Part shown: positions 1 to 12,168 of the stretch, piece after piece
Layout: each line of letters opens with the position of its first letter
How positions within the stretch are numbered: position 1 is the stretch's first letter
Origin: Selaginella moellendorffii
Lineage: Eukaryota; Plantae; Lycopodiophyta
NCBI RefSeq assembly: GCF_000143415.4
Contig: NW_003314289.1
Location: 566,292-630,291 of the forward strand
DNA length: 64,000 bases
Reading direction: 5' to 3'
The notes under the pieces: model-generated
Database searches by the model: none
The model's input: only the letters and a program-made list of their open reading frames with translations
Told to the model about the DNA's origin: nothing
Position numbers and translations under genes: made by a program

Positions 1-917
1 AGCATGACAAGGGTGCATTAGTTTTTCATTAGTATAATATTACTTTTACAATTTAGTAACAAAATCCAATTAAACTAATTAAATAATTGGTTTTATATTG
101 TAAACTTTTATAAATGTTACATAGATAATAGTTGTAATTTCATACTATAGGTTGAGTGAATAATATTTTACTATAAAACTAAGTTACAATCATTTAGAAT
201 AACCAAATATCTATTTAGAATGCAATCAGAAAAATAGTTATCTCTATTAGGAGACCAAAAAATAGTATCATTCTCTGAATGTAATGCTAATTTCCATTAT
301 TTGGAAGTCCTATGTTACAATTTTTATTGTTGCCTAATGTTTCTGTAGACCACATTTTATATTTACCAATATATAAAATAAGATTATAATTAAAATTCAA
401 AAATAATATTACTTTTCTGTTTGGAAAAGCTAAAAAAAGTTATGTACTTAAATATTAGTAGGGCCTATTGGCATACTAATAAAAACAAAGCACTGGTCAT
501 TATTTATAAATCGAGCCTTTTAGTTGGACTATGTTGAGATGGTACAACTTAATAGTTTATAAATTTTTTATAATTGTACTGAGAGATGAATCTGAAGTAA
601 TTAGTAAACCGGAATAAATATTAACTGAATTTTGTAATTCATATTTTATAATATCTCAACTGTCTCTAATTTACATTCTCTAGATGTTGTACCAGCATAG
701 GCAATAAATATGTGATTGTGCATGCTTGCATTATATATTTACATGCAGATTTATTTTTTTGTTTTGAGTTGTATGCAAAAATATTATGCATATAATTTCT
801 TTTTAATTGCTATATAAACAATTGAAACTTGATTGTGTATATGATATTTTTGTCATGGGATATGCCATATATGCATAGGGTATGACATCTTAAACTGTCA
901 TGGAACATATCATATTA

Positions 918-1333
918 GATAACATGGTATTACAGGATATTTTTTTAGTTTCATTCTCATGTTATAGATTTATAATATTTTAGTTGTTATTGAGTGGAGA
1001 TTTATAATCTTTTAATTGTGATCATCTTTCTCCACTCATTTTGCTCTCTCATATTTTTGCGGCTTATTTGCAGTGGAGCACCCTAATCTAGGTAGCGATT
1101 GATTGACATGAACAATCAATCATGAGAAATTGACTGATTGATAACATGGTATTATAGAGTATTTTTTTATTTTCATTCTTGTGTCATAGATTTATAATAT
1201 TTTAATTGTCATTGATTGTAGATTTATAATATCTTAATTGTGATCATCTTTCTCCTCTCATTTTGCTCTCTCATATTTTTTCAGCTTATTTGTAGTGGAG
1301 CACCATAATCTAGGTAGCCATTGATTGACATGA
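918..1333. repeat. Diverged tandem duplication, two ~195-bp units, period 222 bp
   Basis: GATAACATGGTATTA...GTGATCATCTTTCTCC...GATTGACATGAA occurs at 918-1112 and again at 1140-1333. Confidence 0.85.
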
Positions 1334-2102
1334 AAGAAAATGAAATCAATTAGGGAAAGAAAAACATTTCTTTAAGTGCTTAGGTTTTTGATATGGTAGT
1401 TTTTCTATAACCAAGTAGATTTTGTTGTAGCCAAGGTAATCCATTAACTTGATTGATTTCTCACATTTTTAGTCACACATTTAAATTTTTTACATTGTAG
1501 TGGTTTCTTATGTTTGAGTATGTTACATAGCCTTTCTTTCTTAGGCATGTTGCAAATCAATTCATGTGTTGAAAAATATCATACTTATAAGCTCTAATCC
1601 AAAGTCTAAACTTTGCTGACAATTAAAAATATTTGCTATAGAATTGAAATTTATGTAGTACAAAAAATTGCACACGTGGAATTGATATGTCCTTTACCAT
1701 GCATGTGTAGTAGGCATCCTATACATTATAAAAGGCCTTTCTTTTTGTGAGTCACATATATATATTACAGCATATATTTTAAACTTCTGCCAAATTGCCA
1801 ACCCCATTCATGTACATCTTCTTTTACTCCCCCAAATTACAAGCATAAATTGCTTGCCATACCATAGTGTTATTAAAAATTCAACAATTAACAGTAATAA
1901 TAAACACTATTTCTTATCTGAATATCATTACTTACATCTTAATCATCTAAATGATCCCTCATTTCTTCTTAATACATTTTTATCATATCAAACAAATTCA
2001 TTAAAGAAATATTTATATATTTTATTTAATACTTTAAGTCCTATTTTACATGACACTTTCAACATGAATCAGTCAATTCGTTTAAGTTGAACAAACTGTA
2101 AT

Positions 2103-2842
2103 TCATTTCCATTGGAAAGCTCTTGCATACCTCCAGTAGCTCAGTTGGTCCATGTCAATTGAGAACCCCGCACCCTTGAGCCCAATTTTGACACGCCCGA
2201 AATAGTACCTTGCATCAGCCAAGTTCCATAAAAAAAATGAAACAGAACTACTACAAAGAAAATCACGTACTTCTTCTCCAATGGACTTTTCATCGGCCTC
2301 AAATTCAGGTTCCACAACATCCTCAGCTCCAACATCGATCGCGGCAGCCTGAAAACTTTCCGAATCCACATTGCCTTCACATCTTGGCATGGCTCTTTTT
2401 GATAACATCGCGAACGAACAAAGCTCTGTTCGTGTTGTCCGTGAGAACTTCCACCACGATTCCAACACCACCAAAGCCGTATGCCTGGATTGGTTTTAAC
2501 TCTTTTGCAGCGCAAACAAAACGCAATGTGAGTTACCTCAGAAGTCCTGCTGGTGTCTTTTGCTTTCTTGATGTTGCGTTCTATGAGACCTTCGCTTTCT
2601 GCACCAGTGTTGCCAATGTTAAATTCCGTCCCTCGCCCTGAAAAACCGATCCAATTAGCAACAAGCGAGAGAAAAAATCACAAATGCGGTACGCTTGCAC
2701 TATCTCTTTGCCAAGCCTGGCATTAACTTTGTTTCTCTTCAAGCCTGTGCCGCCTGCAGCACTGCCGATTACATTAGAAGCTTCAGACGACAAAGAAAAC
2801 GCTAACCTTTCTGTCCACAATCTTGCACGCTCGCCTTCCCAT
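2103..2842 (-). pseudogene. YebC/PmpR (TACO1-like) family gene, apparently frameshifted and internally deleted
   Basis: Exons read (HLWTSAPLE)MGRRACKIVDRK, NKVNARLGKEIVQA, NLTLATLVQKAK, AYGFGGVGIVVEVLTDNTNRA and AAIDVGAEDVVEPE. I find no phase-0 acceptor that keeps exon 2 in frame, and KSHAKM runs into TGA where the conserved middle segment should be. Confidence 0.7.
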
Positions 2843-3057
2843 TTCCAGAGGAGCAGAGGTCCATAGATGAAAACAACTCGCGTTTCCCGCGTGCTGCCAT
2901 GACGAACGTTTCCGCGATGTGCTCTCACAACTGACTTCATTTGCAAAACTCTAAAACCCTAGAGATCGATATTCACCTGAGAAGGAAGCATTAACTACAA
3001 CAACAAAGAAAAACTATAGAACACATACAATCTTACGCTGTACAAGCTTCGGTGTCT

Positions 3058-6000
3058 TCACATCAAAGTTGCCAGGCCAACAAGCCCTGGACCATCGTCC
3101 TCTTTCACTCCCGGTTTCCCTTTCGCNNNNNNNNNNNNNNNNNNNNNNNNNNNNNNNNNNNNNNNNNNNNNNNNNNNNNNNNNNNNNNNNNNNNNNNNNN
3201 NNNNNNNNNNNNNNNNNNNNNNNNNNNNNNNNNNNNNNNNNNNNNNNNNNNNNNNNNNNNNNNNNNNNNNNNNNNNNNNNNNNNNNNNNNNNNNNNNNNN
3301 NNNNNNNNNNNNNNNNNNNNNNNNNNNNNNNNNNNNNNNNNNNNNNNNNNNNNNNNNNNNNNNNNNNNNNNNNNNNNNNNNNNNNNNNNNNNNNNNNNNN
3401 NNNNNNNNNNNNNNNNNNNNNNNNNNNNNNNNNNNNNNNNNNNNNNNNNNNNNNNNNNNNNNNNNNNNNNNNNNNNNNNNNNNNNNNNNNNNNNNNAATT
3501 CGCAATTCTTGTTGACTGATGGAAGGCAGAGACATCAAAACGCCGTCCAAAAACAAGTAAGTAACATAGTAAAAAGGTGCAGAGGGACTTACTTGTTTAG
3601 GCGTTGACGTGTGTGGAGATAGTTTCACTAGAATTTCCCGGAGCAAACCGAGAAGTTCAGCATGCGCTGCGCTGTTCGACTCTAGTGTCAAGCTCTGGAT
3701 TATAGCAGTGAACATATCTTTCCCCACGATCTCTCTTAAGTTGGTGTCGTTAAGTGGACCAGCCACGTCAATCACAGCTCCACAAAAAACCGCACCTCTG
3801 TGAACCGCATCGCTATCTGGCCATTGCAATGACTGAATTCCTAGATGGACCGTTGCGAAAGCAGCAGCGGAGTGCTGGATTACATAACTGCGAAGAAAAA
3901 AGTAAATGTTAAACCATAAAGCATAAGAACTTCCAAGTACTCAGCTCACCAAAGCATTCCCGGCTGCTGCTCCGGATTGAGTTCACTTGAGGCCATGATA
4001 GCCAAAAGTGTGCAGACTTCACGAGTCAGTTCCCTTAGCATACGCTCCTCGACGAGTTCCGTATTGATTCCCGAACTTCCGTCCACTGCAAATAAAGTGC
4101 CAGTCTTGACAGCACCTTCCCTCACGAGGTTTTCCCAGGCTAGTGGCAGGGTCGCATGACAATGAACAAGTAACGGTGGCAACAACTGACCGAGCCAGAC
4201 TTCTCGGAGAGACTGCGGGCAAAACCTTACAAATGACTGTATAACCGAGTGAACCAGGGAACGAAGATGGCGAAATTCCATTGAAGAAAGACTCTCCATG
4301 AGCCCAGTTGCTAGAGGCCCACTCAGTCCAGACATGTTGACGAAGAACTGATTCCCTAAGCGAGAACTTGCATAACGTAAAACGTTGTATCTGTACGGTA
4401 AAAGTTAGGAACTGCCAGTCGTATACATTCAAATACGTTACCCACTGTCGCGAACAGATTTGAGCCAGTTTCTTAGTTCATCCTCTTTGTGATCGACTGT
4501 CTTAGATTCTCCAAGTATCGATGCTTGCTCACTAGCGCTTAAATGTATTGCTTGGCGAACAGGCGGAGGCAACGTGGATAGAATCGATGGAATCCACAGC
4601 GAGTGCAAGCAGCGTAACAACTGCAGGAAATCCACGTTATTAGCCTTCATTCTGAATGAGACATGAAAGAATTACCTGTATCAAAGGCGGCAAAATCCAA
4701 GACATGTGAACTGCCATGGGATGTGAACTAGGATTACCTTCCACACCAGCCGCACATCTTCTGAGCGCCTTTTCAAAGAAATGAATGCTGTGAAAAATGT
4801 ACCACATGCCTTCGTCCCCAGACAAGTTTTCCGTGGTAGTCGTACCCAGTAGTCGCACAAAACCAGCAGGATCACACAGATACTTTTGTTGCCAGTCGGA
4901 GTGACACCAATAATCTCTGAATGGTCCAAGTAGCCATTCCAAAACTTGATTTTGTTGCTCCTGCCTGCTAATTATATCAGGCAGCAATAAAAGACATCTA
5001 AAACATACCCGGCAGTAGAACCCGCAACCAATAAGGATTCACCCAACAATATGTACTCCCCACGAAGGAGGTGGCGCTCCTGCTGTAGCCTCGTCATTGT
5101 TTCAGCAACAATCTGCACTAACCCCATCAATCTAAAAGCACGACGTCATGAAAAATATACCTGCATGTGAGGAAATAAAGCTGGACCCGCCAGTTTTGCT
5201 ATACGCAGAAACGATGTGCAGACTTGAAATCTTGCCTTCGAATTGGTAGAGCTCGCTTCCTACAAAAGAACATTAAAACATGATTTGTCCACAAGAACAA
5301 AACTAACCTTTGAGACTACAGGCACTGTTACTAAAAGTTGAAACAATTTCTGTATCACCGTAGGTACTGCAGTTGGTACATTCTTTATGTAAGGCACAAG
5401 AGCATCAAAACACTTTGCGTGGATCTCCACAAGCTCCGGTTCACTCCAATGGACGGTCAGCAATCGCTGCAATAAACCTAGACACATCATCTAAGTATAC
5501 ATTTATTCCAGTAGCTCACAACGTACCATCCAGAAGCTCACTCGTTCCTCCACGTGCAAAACATCCGGTTACAACTGCATCCAGCATGGTATGTGTACTC
5601 TCGAGAATGAAATACTCCTGCAAGGAAGGGTTAGATAACAGTATTGAATGCAAAATAAAAACCTGAGAAGATATCTTCTCTTTCGTCAGAAAAACATCAA
5701 GGCGTTGAACAACTTTTGTAATGCCCAGGTCATGATGGTGATGTGCAACCAGTCGAATTAGTTCTATCTGCAGCAAGCGCAGCATTAGTCTTACCCTTCA
5801 AAAATTTACTTCGCTTACCAAACGGCCACGATACTGGCTATAATCCACCGCAGATGTGAATTCTTCTTCCTGGCCATCTTTTAGAAGCTTCTGAAATGCC
5901 ACATCAAGTAGCACGCTCGCGGTTTCAATCGGAACAACCACTGTAGGTCTTGCTATGATCACCTTGTTCCGCTCTACCGATAAAGAATCACGTAATAGTC

Positions 6001-7619
6001 CCTGCAAGAATCTGTCAGCATTTACGATGACAGTGTTTAGAGGATATTTACCAGCCATAATGGCAATGCCTGAACATGCAACGGAAATTCAGAGTGTTGC
6101 AGAAACTTCAACATCTGTGAAAGTCATTTGGTCAACTCAATGTCCTCCCGAAATGGATTTACCTGACGATAATACGTTGCAAGCTTTTGATTGTTGGATG
6201 AAATCACCTGCAGATTTTGAGACCCAAGAGCGACAAGTGCTTCGCACAGGCACTCCGCGAACTCCAGAGGGGCACTGCCACCCCCATCGTAATGAACAAA
6301 ATATGCGTCGCAAACGGACGAAAGAATTTCATAGACGCGCGCAAGCACAGAATTGAAGAGCTCGACATCTTCGTCGTATGGCTTTCTCCTATGAACTATT
6401 ATAGTCAAACCAATTTAATGAGAAAAGCCAGCATATGTTACCTGGATAGCAGTTGCTTTAAAATCTCACAAGCGGCCAAACGAAACTCTGGCGAATTTAT
6501 CAAGAAACCACAACTGAAACAAGAAAGTGTCAAATGTGAAGTTCACGCGGGTACTGATGGATCCTTACGCTTCTACGAGGCCATAGCTAGAGAAGTTGGT
6601 GACAGGAGACCATTCTGCGTACACAAGAACAGCTTGTAAGGCAGCCGTCACAACAGCGGCATGCTGCTTCGCTAGCTCCATTTGCTGCAAATGCATAGCT
6701 TCCATCCCAGCGCCAAAATGTTTTTCCAAAAGCTGTTTCAAAACAAATGAATACCCTCTGTAACAAAACGAGAAACATGGCACTTACTTTGTAGAAGAAT
6801 GGAAAGAGCTGGGGAAGACTTTCTGTAAGTTCTGACAACAATTGCCTCCTCCGCGTGGCTGCCAGTGAGGAAGATGTGAGAATAATAAACAGAAGAACAG
6901 AGACATACTTTCTAGATCTTCGTTGTGAACAATCACATCTTCTGGAAGCCAACGCATCACCATAGCAACCATTTCAGCCTGTCAAATCCTTTTGAGGACA
7001 GAGAATGAAAGTGAAGTTTTAGCTTACGTGAACAGGACTCATGTCGCTTATAGGAAGTAGAGATTTTAGCATCCCTTTCCAAACGTCCGGTTCTTCCCTT
7101 CTCGTAACCTTCACCATCCAAAGAAGTTATAAAACTTCCGAGCTAGAACACGTAAACTACTCACCTCTGCCACTAGTGCGGCGGTCTGGCTCTTCATAGA
7201 CCATGCCTCGTGAGGAGTAGCAAATTCTTTTACCATATCCAGCACCATGCCAGTCATCTTCCCTTTTTCTTCATGGTTGAGCTCGTCCCACCTAATTCGA
7301 ACCAGATGCTGCGATCGAGAAGAGGAAGGAAGAAAAAGGAGTTTAGCCTACGTAGGAAAGAAGCGATGCGTTACTTGTAAGAGCTTCAATCCATAATGCC
7401 GGACTTCGAGAGGCTGATTTTGGCTCGATAACGCGAATGCAGTTCCTCCGAGCACGCGCACGTCCCCCGATTTGATCTGTTCATGAAAAACACCGTGAAT
7501 TTCAGCCGAAATACGCTGTCCCAACAAACCGAATCCAAAAATGCTATTGCTGCCAGACGATCTTGCGCGCAATCGAGAGCCGCCTTCACTGCGGCAGCGA
7601 CGCTCGCAGGATCGACCAT
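3058..7619 (-). CDS. HST: Exportin-5 / HASTY (multi-exon; assembly gap at 3127-3496)
   Basis: MVDPASVAAAVKAALD, IKSGDVRVL, MRWLPEDVIVHNEDLE, LLEKHFGA..LAKQHAAVV, SMEFRHLRSLVH, C-terminal EDDGPGLVGLATLM* match plant HASTY; short GT-AG introns. Confidence 0.93.
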
Positions 7620-7816
7620 CGCGGCGTCCAAAGAACCCTACTCTCCACCGGAAGAATCCAAAACCCTAAACTTAAACAGTGACGTGGCAAAAGCGTTATG
7701 ACTTGGCGTAAACCAATGGCGAGCTTCCACGTCAGCATGATAATCCAGCATTATAGGCTGCTATTTTGTTCCCGTTAGCTAGAATTTCTTCACGGAGAGG
7801 ATGATCTCCGCGAGGT
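7620..7816. promoter_or_regulatory. Probable bidirectional promoter between HASTY and TBL
   Basis: 197 bp between divergent ATGs; telo-box AAACCCTAA (~7661), ACGTGGC (~7682), CCAAT, CCACGTCA (~7727). Confidence 0.55.
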
Positions 7817-9562
7817 ATGAAAGTCGGGCACTGGCATAGGTCTGTGGCGCTGCTCCTGGGAATTATTGCCACGGCGCTCTTGTTCGTGGCGATCAGCCAC
7901 GATCTCCGCTCCTATTCCATCGAGGTATCGACATCGACATGGATTTCGGCCGCAGATTCTCGCAATGCCGGCTCGATCGCGTCGGAAGTGGTGGATTACG
8001 AGGCCCGGGAGGACGAATTCACCGATCCGGAGCCTTTAGATCAGCAAGAACAGGAAGAACAGGGCGAGAAAGAAGAGGACAAGCCAGAGGCTAGGGAAAT
8101 CGAGGGCGGGGATAGCAATGGGGCGGCTGGAGTGGGATTTTCTCCAGGGAATTCGACGAATCGGGAGTGTAATCTCTACGAGGGGCGCTGGGTACGCGAT
8201 GAATCATACCCACTGTTCCAGCCTTTCACTTGTCCATTCGTCGACACCGCCTTTCGGTGCCAAGAAAATGGACGCAAAGATAAAGGCTACTTGCAATGGC
8301 GGTGGCAGCCTTTTGGATGCGACATACCAAGGTACTAGATTTTTTTTTCTCTATCCTTTTGGCTCTATCGAAACGTTTCTATGCATTCTTCTAGCTTTAG
8401 TTTGACGAAAGCATGATAGAATGAGCTATGGAGAGATTATTTTTCCTGTCATGACTCGAAAGTTTTTTTTTCTCTATCCTTGTGCTCAAACTTTTCTTAT
8501 GCATTCTTCTAGCTATAGTTTGAAGAGAACATAGATAGAATGAGCTACGAAGAGATTCTTTTTCCTGTCATGACTCTAAAGATTTTTCTTCCTTCCGCAG
8601 ATTTAATGCGTTGGATATGTTGAAGAGACTACGGAACAAGAAGCTCGCCTTTGTGGGAGACTCTCTGGGGAGGAATCAATGGGAGTCTCTCGTGTGCATG
8701 CTCTATCAAGGAGTTTCCAACCGGAGCAACGTCTTTGAGGCAAGAAGGCAGCAAGTTGGAAAGGCAAGGCCGAGCTACTCGGTAAAGTTTCCAGACTACA
8801 AGACGCAAATCGACTACTACCGCACGCATTTCCTGGTTCCCGAGGGTCGAAGGCCTCCAGGAATAACCGAGAGGAGGAGGATCAAGTGCTCTTTGCAGCT
8901 GGACAAAGTAGACAAGACCGGCTCCAAATGGAAGAACGCTGATATCTTGGTCTTCAACTCGGGACACTGGTGGAACCATGGAAAGATCTCCAAGAGGTAA
9001 GCTTTTCCTCACTTACATGACGTCTTCTCTGTCTCAAACTTGTGTTTGATCTTCCAAAAGGTGTTTCTTCATTGAACGGAGTAACTACACCTTGAACATG
9101 GACGTCCATGCTGCCTACGAGAGAGCTATCCAAACTTGGGCTTCATGGGTTGACAATCACCGCGGAAAGAAAGTTTTCTTTCGTGGTTTTGCTCCAAACC
9201 ACTTCAGGTACTCGGGAGAAAGAACAGAGAGTTTTGATAAAAAGACTTTCTATGTTTGTGACAGTGGAGGAGATTGGAACACTGGAGGGACATGCGAGAC
9301 ACACATCCAGCCTCTTGACGATGAATCAAAGCTAGACAAGTATCCAGACAAAGTCGAGGCCGTGGAGAACGTCTTGAACGCCATGAAGACGCCGGTGACG
9401 TTTCTCAACGTGACGAAGCTCTCGTTGTTCCGCAAAGATGGTCACGTCGCTGGATGGGGAAAACGCAACGGCAGTGGTCGCCAAGACTGTAGCCACTGGT
9501 GCCTTCCCGGAGTCCCAGATACTTGGAACGAGCTTCTCTACGCGTCTTTAACCCGGAGCTAG
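7817..9562 (+). CDS. Trichome birefringence-like (TBL/PC-esterase) polysaccharide O-acetyltransferase
   Basis: N-terminal TM segment, CNLYEGRWV..CPFVD..FRCQENGR..WRWQP..C (PMR5N), FVGDSLGRNQWESLVCML, FNSGHWW, QDCSHWCLPGVPDTWNELL. Confidence 0.95.
8340..8581. repeat. ~122-bp tandem duplication inside TBL intron 1
   Basis: TTTTTTTTCTCTATCCTT...TATGCATTCTTCTAGCT...GATAGAATGAGCTA...TTTTTCCTGTCATGACTC present twice. Confidence 0.85.
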
Positions 9563-9731
9563 AGTTTTGGAAAGCGCTGTGCCTAAAAATCTCTCTTTTG
9601 ACGACACTAAAGACATTCGATTCTAGGCTAAATAATGCACTGCTTCCGAAAAATTGGTTTTAGTGCCGCTGCGGTGTGAGAAACAAAGTTAGACCAAATG
9701 GAAAAACTAGAAAAGTTTACCTTGTGCGCTC

Positions 9732-11949
9732 TCAAAAGCTGGCTTCGGCCGTGGCAGCCTCGTCCTCGTTAGGAGATTCTTCCCTGGCAAATTCCTCCAA
9801 AAGTTGCCGCTGCCTATCGCTCATGGTTCTGGAATTCAAGGAAACGACGCGTGAGTGAAGATCTAAAGGCGATAAGAACTGAAGTAGAAAACTCACACTG
9901 GGATGCTCACACGGAAATGGATGTACTGATCGCCATAACCAGGACGTTGAACCATTCTCATGCCTTGGAAAAAACGAAAAAGTAAAATCAAAGTAGAAAA
10001 GAAAAAACTCGTCTAGTCTCAAAGTACCTTTTCCTCTCATCACTTGTTTTTGACCGGGTTGAGTGCCAGGCCTAACCTGTTTTAATCGAAAATCCATGGT
10101 GAAGAATACCCCCTCGTAACAACTGGGCATACCTTCAGCATGACTGATCCTCCCAATGTAGGCACTTGGACATTTCCACCCAAGGCAGCCTACAAACATA
10201 CATCCGCTCGTGTCTAAAACAGTAGAAAATAAAGATGAGAAAATGTTACCTGGATCATGGTGACTGGAGCATCGACGTGAACATCAGCACCCTCTCTCCG
10301 AAAAACTGGATCAGGCTTGACCTGGAACGACCCAAACTATTACCTCCGCAAACTGTAGGAAACAATCGTACCTCCACTCTAACAATAAGATCTGCGGCTC
10401 TTTGGCCCCGAGCACCACAAGCTCCCTCGCCAACAACTTTTATGTCCGCCCCACTCTCAACACCTGATACGCAACAAAAAAACGAACATAGTTGAGAAGA
10501 AAACACAAACTAGCACGGCCCATTATCACTTACCAGCAGGAATATCGATCAAGACTTCCTTGACACCCATAACGACGCCGGAGCCCTGACACCCGTTGCA
10601 ATGCTCCTGTAATTCTCAACAATCAGAATGGTGTTGATTCACAAAAGCAGTTTACCTTTACATATTCTCCTGTTCCTCTGCAATTCGTGCAACTTGACTC
10701 GAACGAAAAGAATCCCTTTTGCATGAAAACCTGTTCAGAAACATGAATATCAGAGTTACACGTGGGAAAGAAGGAGAAACCTTACCCTCCCAGCACCCCT
10801 GCACGACTTACACATCTGCGGCTTTACTCCGCTTGGAACACCAGAGCCCCCTGAGGAGTAAAATCTGATATAAAGCACAGAAAAAAAGAAAACAAAAGAA
10901 GAAGAAAAACTTACTGCACTTGTCGCAGCGTATTTGAGTGCGGTATGTGATTTTCCTTGCGCAACCGTTTACCGCTTCCATGAAATCAATATACACATTT
11001 TCCTGTTGAAGAGAAAATCAAGATGAGTTTTACAATGCAGGGAGTCTACAGAGAGAAAGCTTACATATGTGTTTTTCTTCCCACCAAAGACTGTACTGAA
11101 GATCTGAAAGTTGCTCATGACAATGAGAACAAAGTCGTCAAAGATTTTGAGTTGAAGCTTACGTCTTCCATGTTAGCACCACGACCACCGCCAGTAAACA
11201 TGTCGAATACGGAGCCAAATCCGGCACCAGGACCAGGCGGTACTCCATCAGCTCGTTGAACATAAGCCTCATGCCCGAGCTGAAAAGGAGCTAGCGGTTT
11301 GTCTCGGAGATAAAAGAAGGAAATCCCACCTGGTCATACAGATTCCGCTTCTCATCGTCCTTAAGAACTTCGTATGCTTGTTGAACCTCCTGAAACTTCT
11401 TCTCGGCATCTGGATCCTCCTTGTTCACGTCAGGGTGATGTTTCTTAGCAAGCTGCGAGAAAAGAGAACAACCACTTCGAGTTATAGAACACGCAAGAGC
11501 TTCACGAACCGCATAGTAAGCCTTTTTCACATCGGCAGCGCTTGCCGTCTTGGAAACACCCAGAGCGTCATAGTAATCGTTCCTCAAGGCTGTCACAAGA
11601 AAGCACACAGGGTGAGCAAGATCCGAGAGAGGAAGAAAAAACCAAACAAAAACCACACCTGTAGAATGGAATCCTCGAGCATTGAAGCTAAATCCAAATC
11701 CTGTGAAGCCAGCATTGTTATAAGCACGAGCAAAACTACTGTAGCAATGTCTCTGGTCACAAGAGAAAGCGTTCTCCTGCACAAGCGCTAACTGAGAAAA
11801 ACTAGGCTGCGAGATTGAGAAACTTCTACCTTGTTCCCGGAGCCATGGATTGCGCGATCACACAGCCGCCGCTCCCACACGCCCGATCCGCCATGGTGAC
11901 TCCCCAATGCCGTCTTGGCAGCGCGCCGAATGATCTTGTGATGCACCAT
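9732..11949 (-). CDS. Type I DnaJ/Hsp40 chaperone, GFA2-like, probably mitochondrial (copy 1)
   Basis: [20 protein letters not shown]-domain, G/F-rich linker, CxxCxGxG zinc fingers, [30 protein letters not shown]. Confidence 0.92.
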
Positions 11950-12168
11950 TGCCCTCCAAAACCCCGGGAAATCTCACAGCATAAACCCTACATTTTGCTC
12001 AAAAGGGTGGGACAAGATATTTTAGGGGCCTAGGGTTTAAGCTTCTACATTGCTCTATTGATGTTTACAAGGTTCTAGATACTCAAAAATGTGCTTCCAC
12101 TGGAGCGGGAATGATCCAATCAAACTAGGTGTGAGCCACCGCCAAGAAGGAACGCTACCTTTTGTGAA

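Noticed and set aside
3014-3519. ORFs spanning N runs (also 34296-34930 and 54849-55376)
   Set aside because: Open only because of assembly gaps; HASTY's real C-terminus is in another frame ending at 3058
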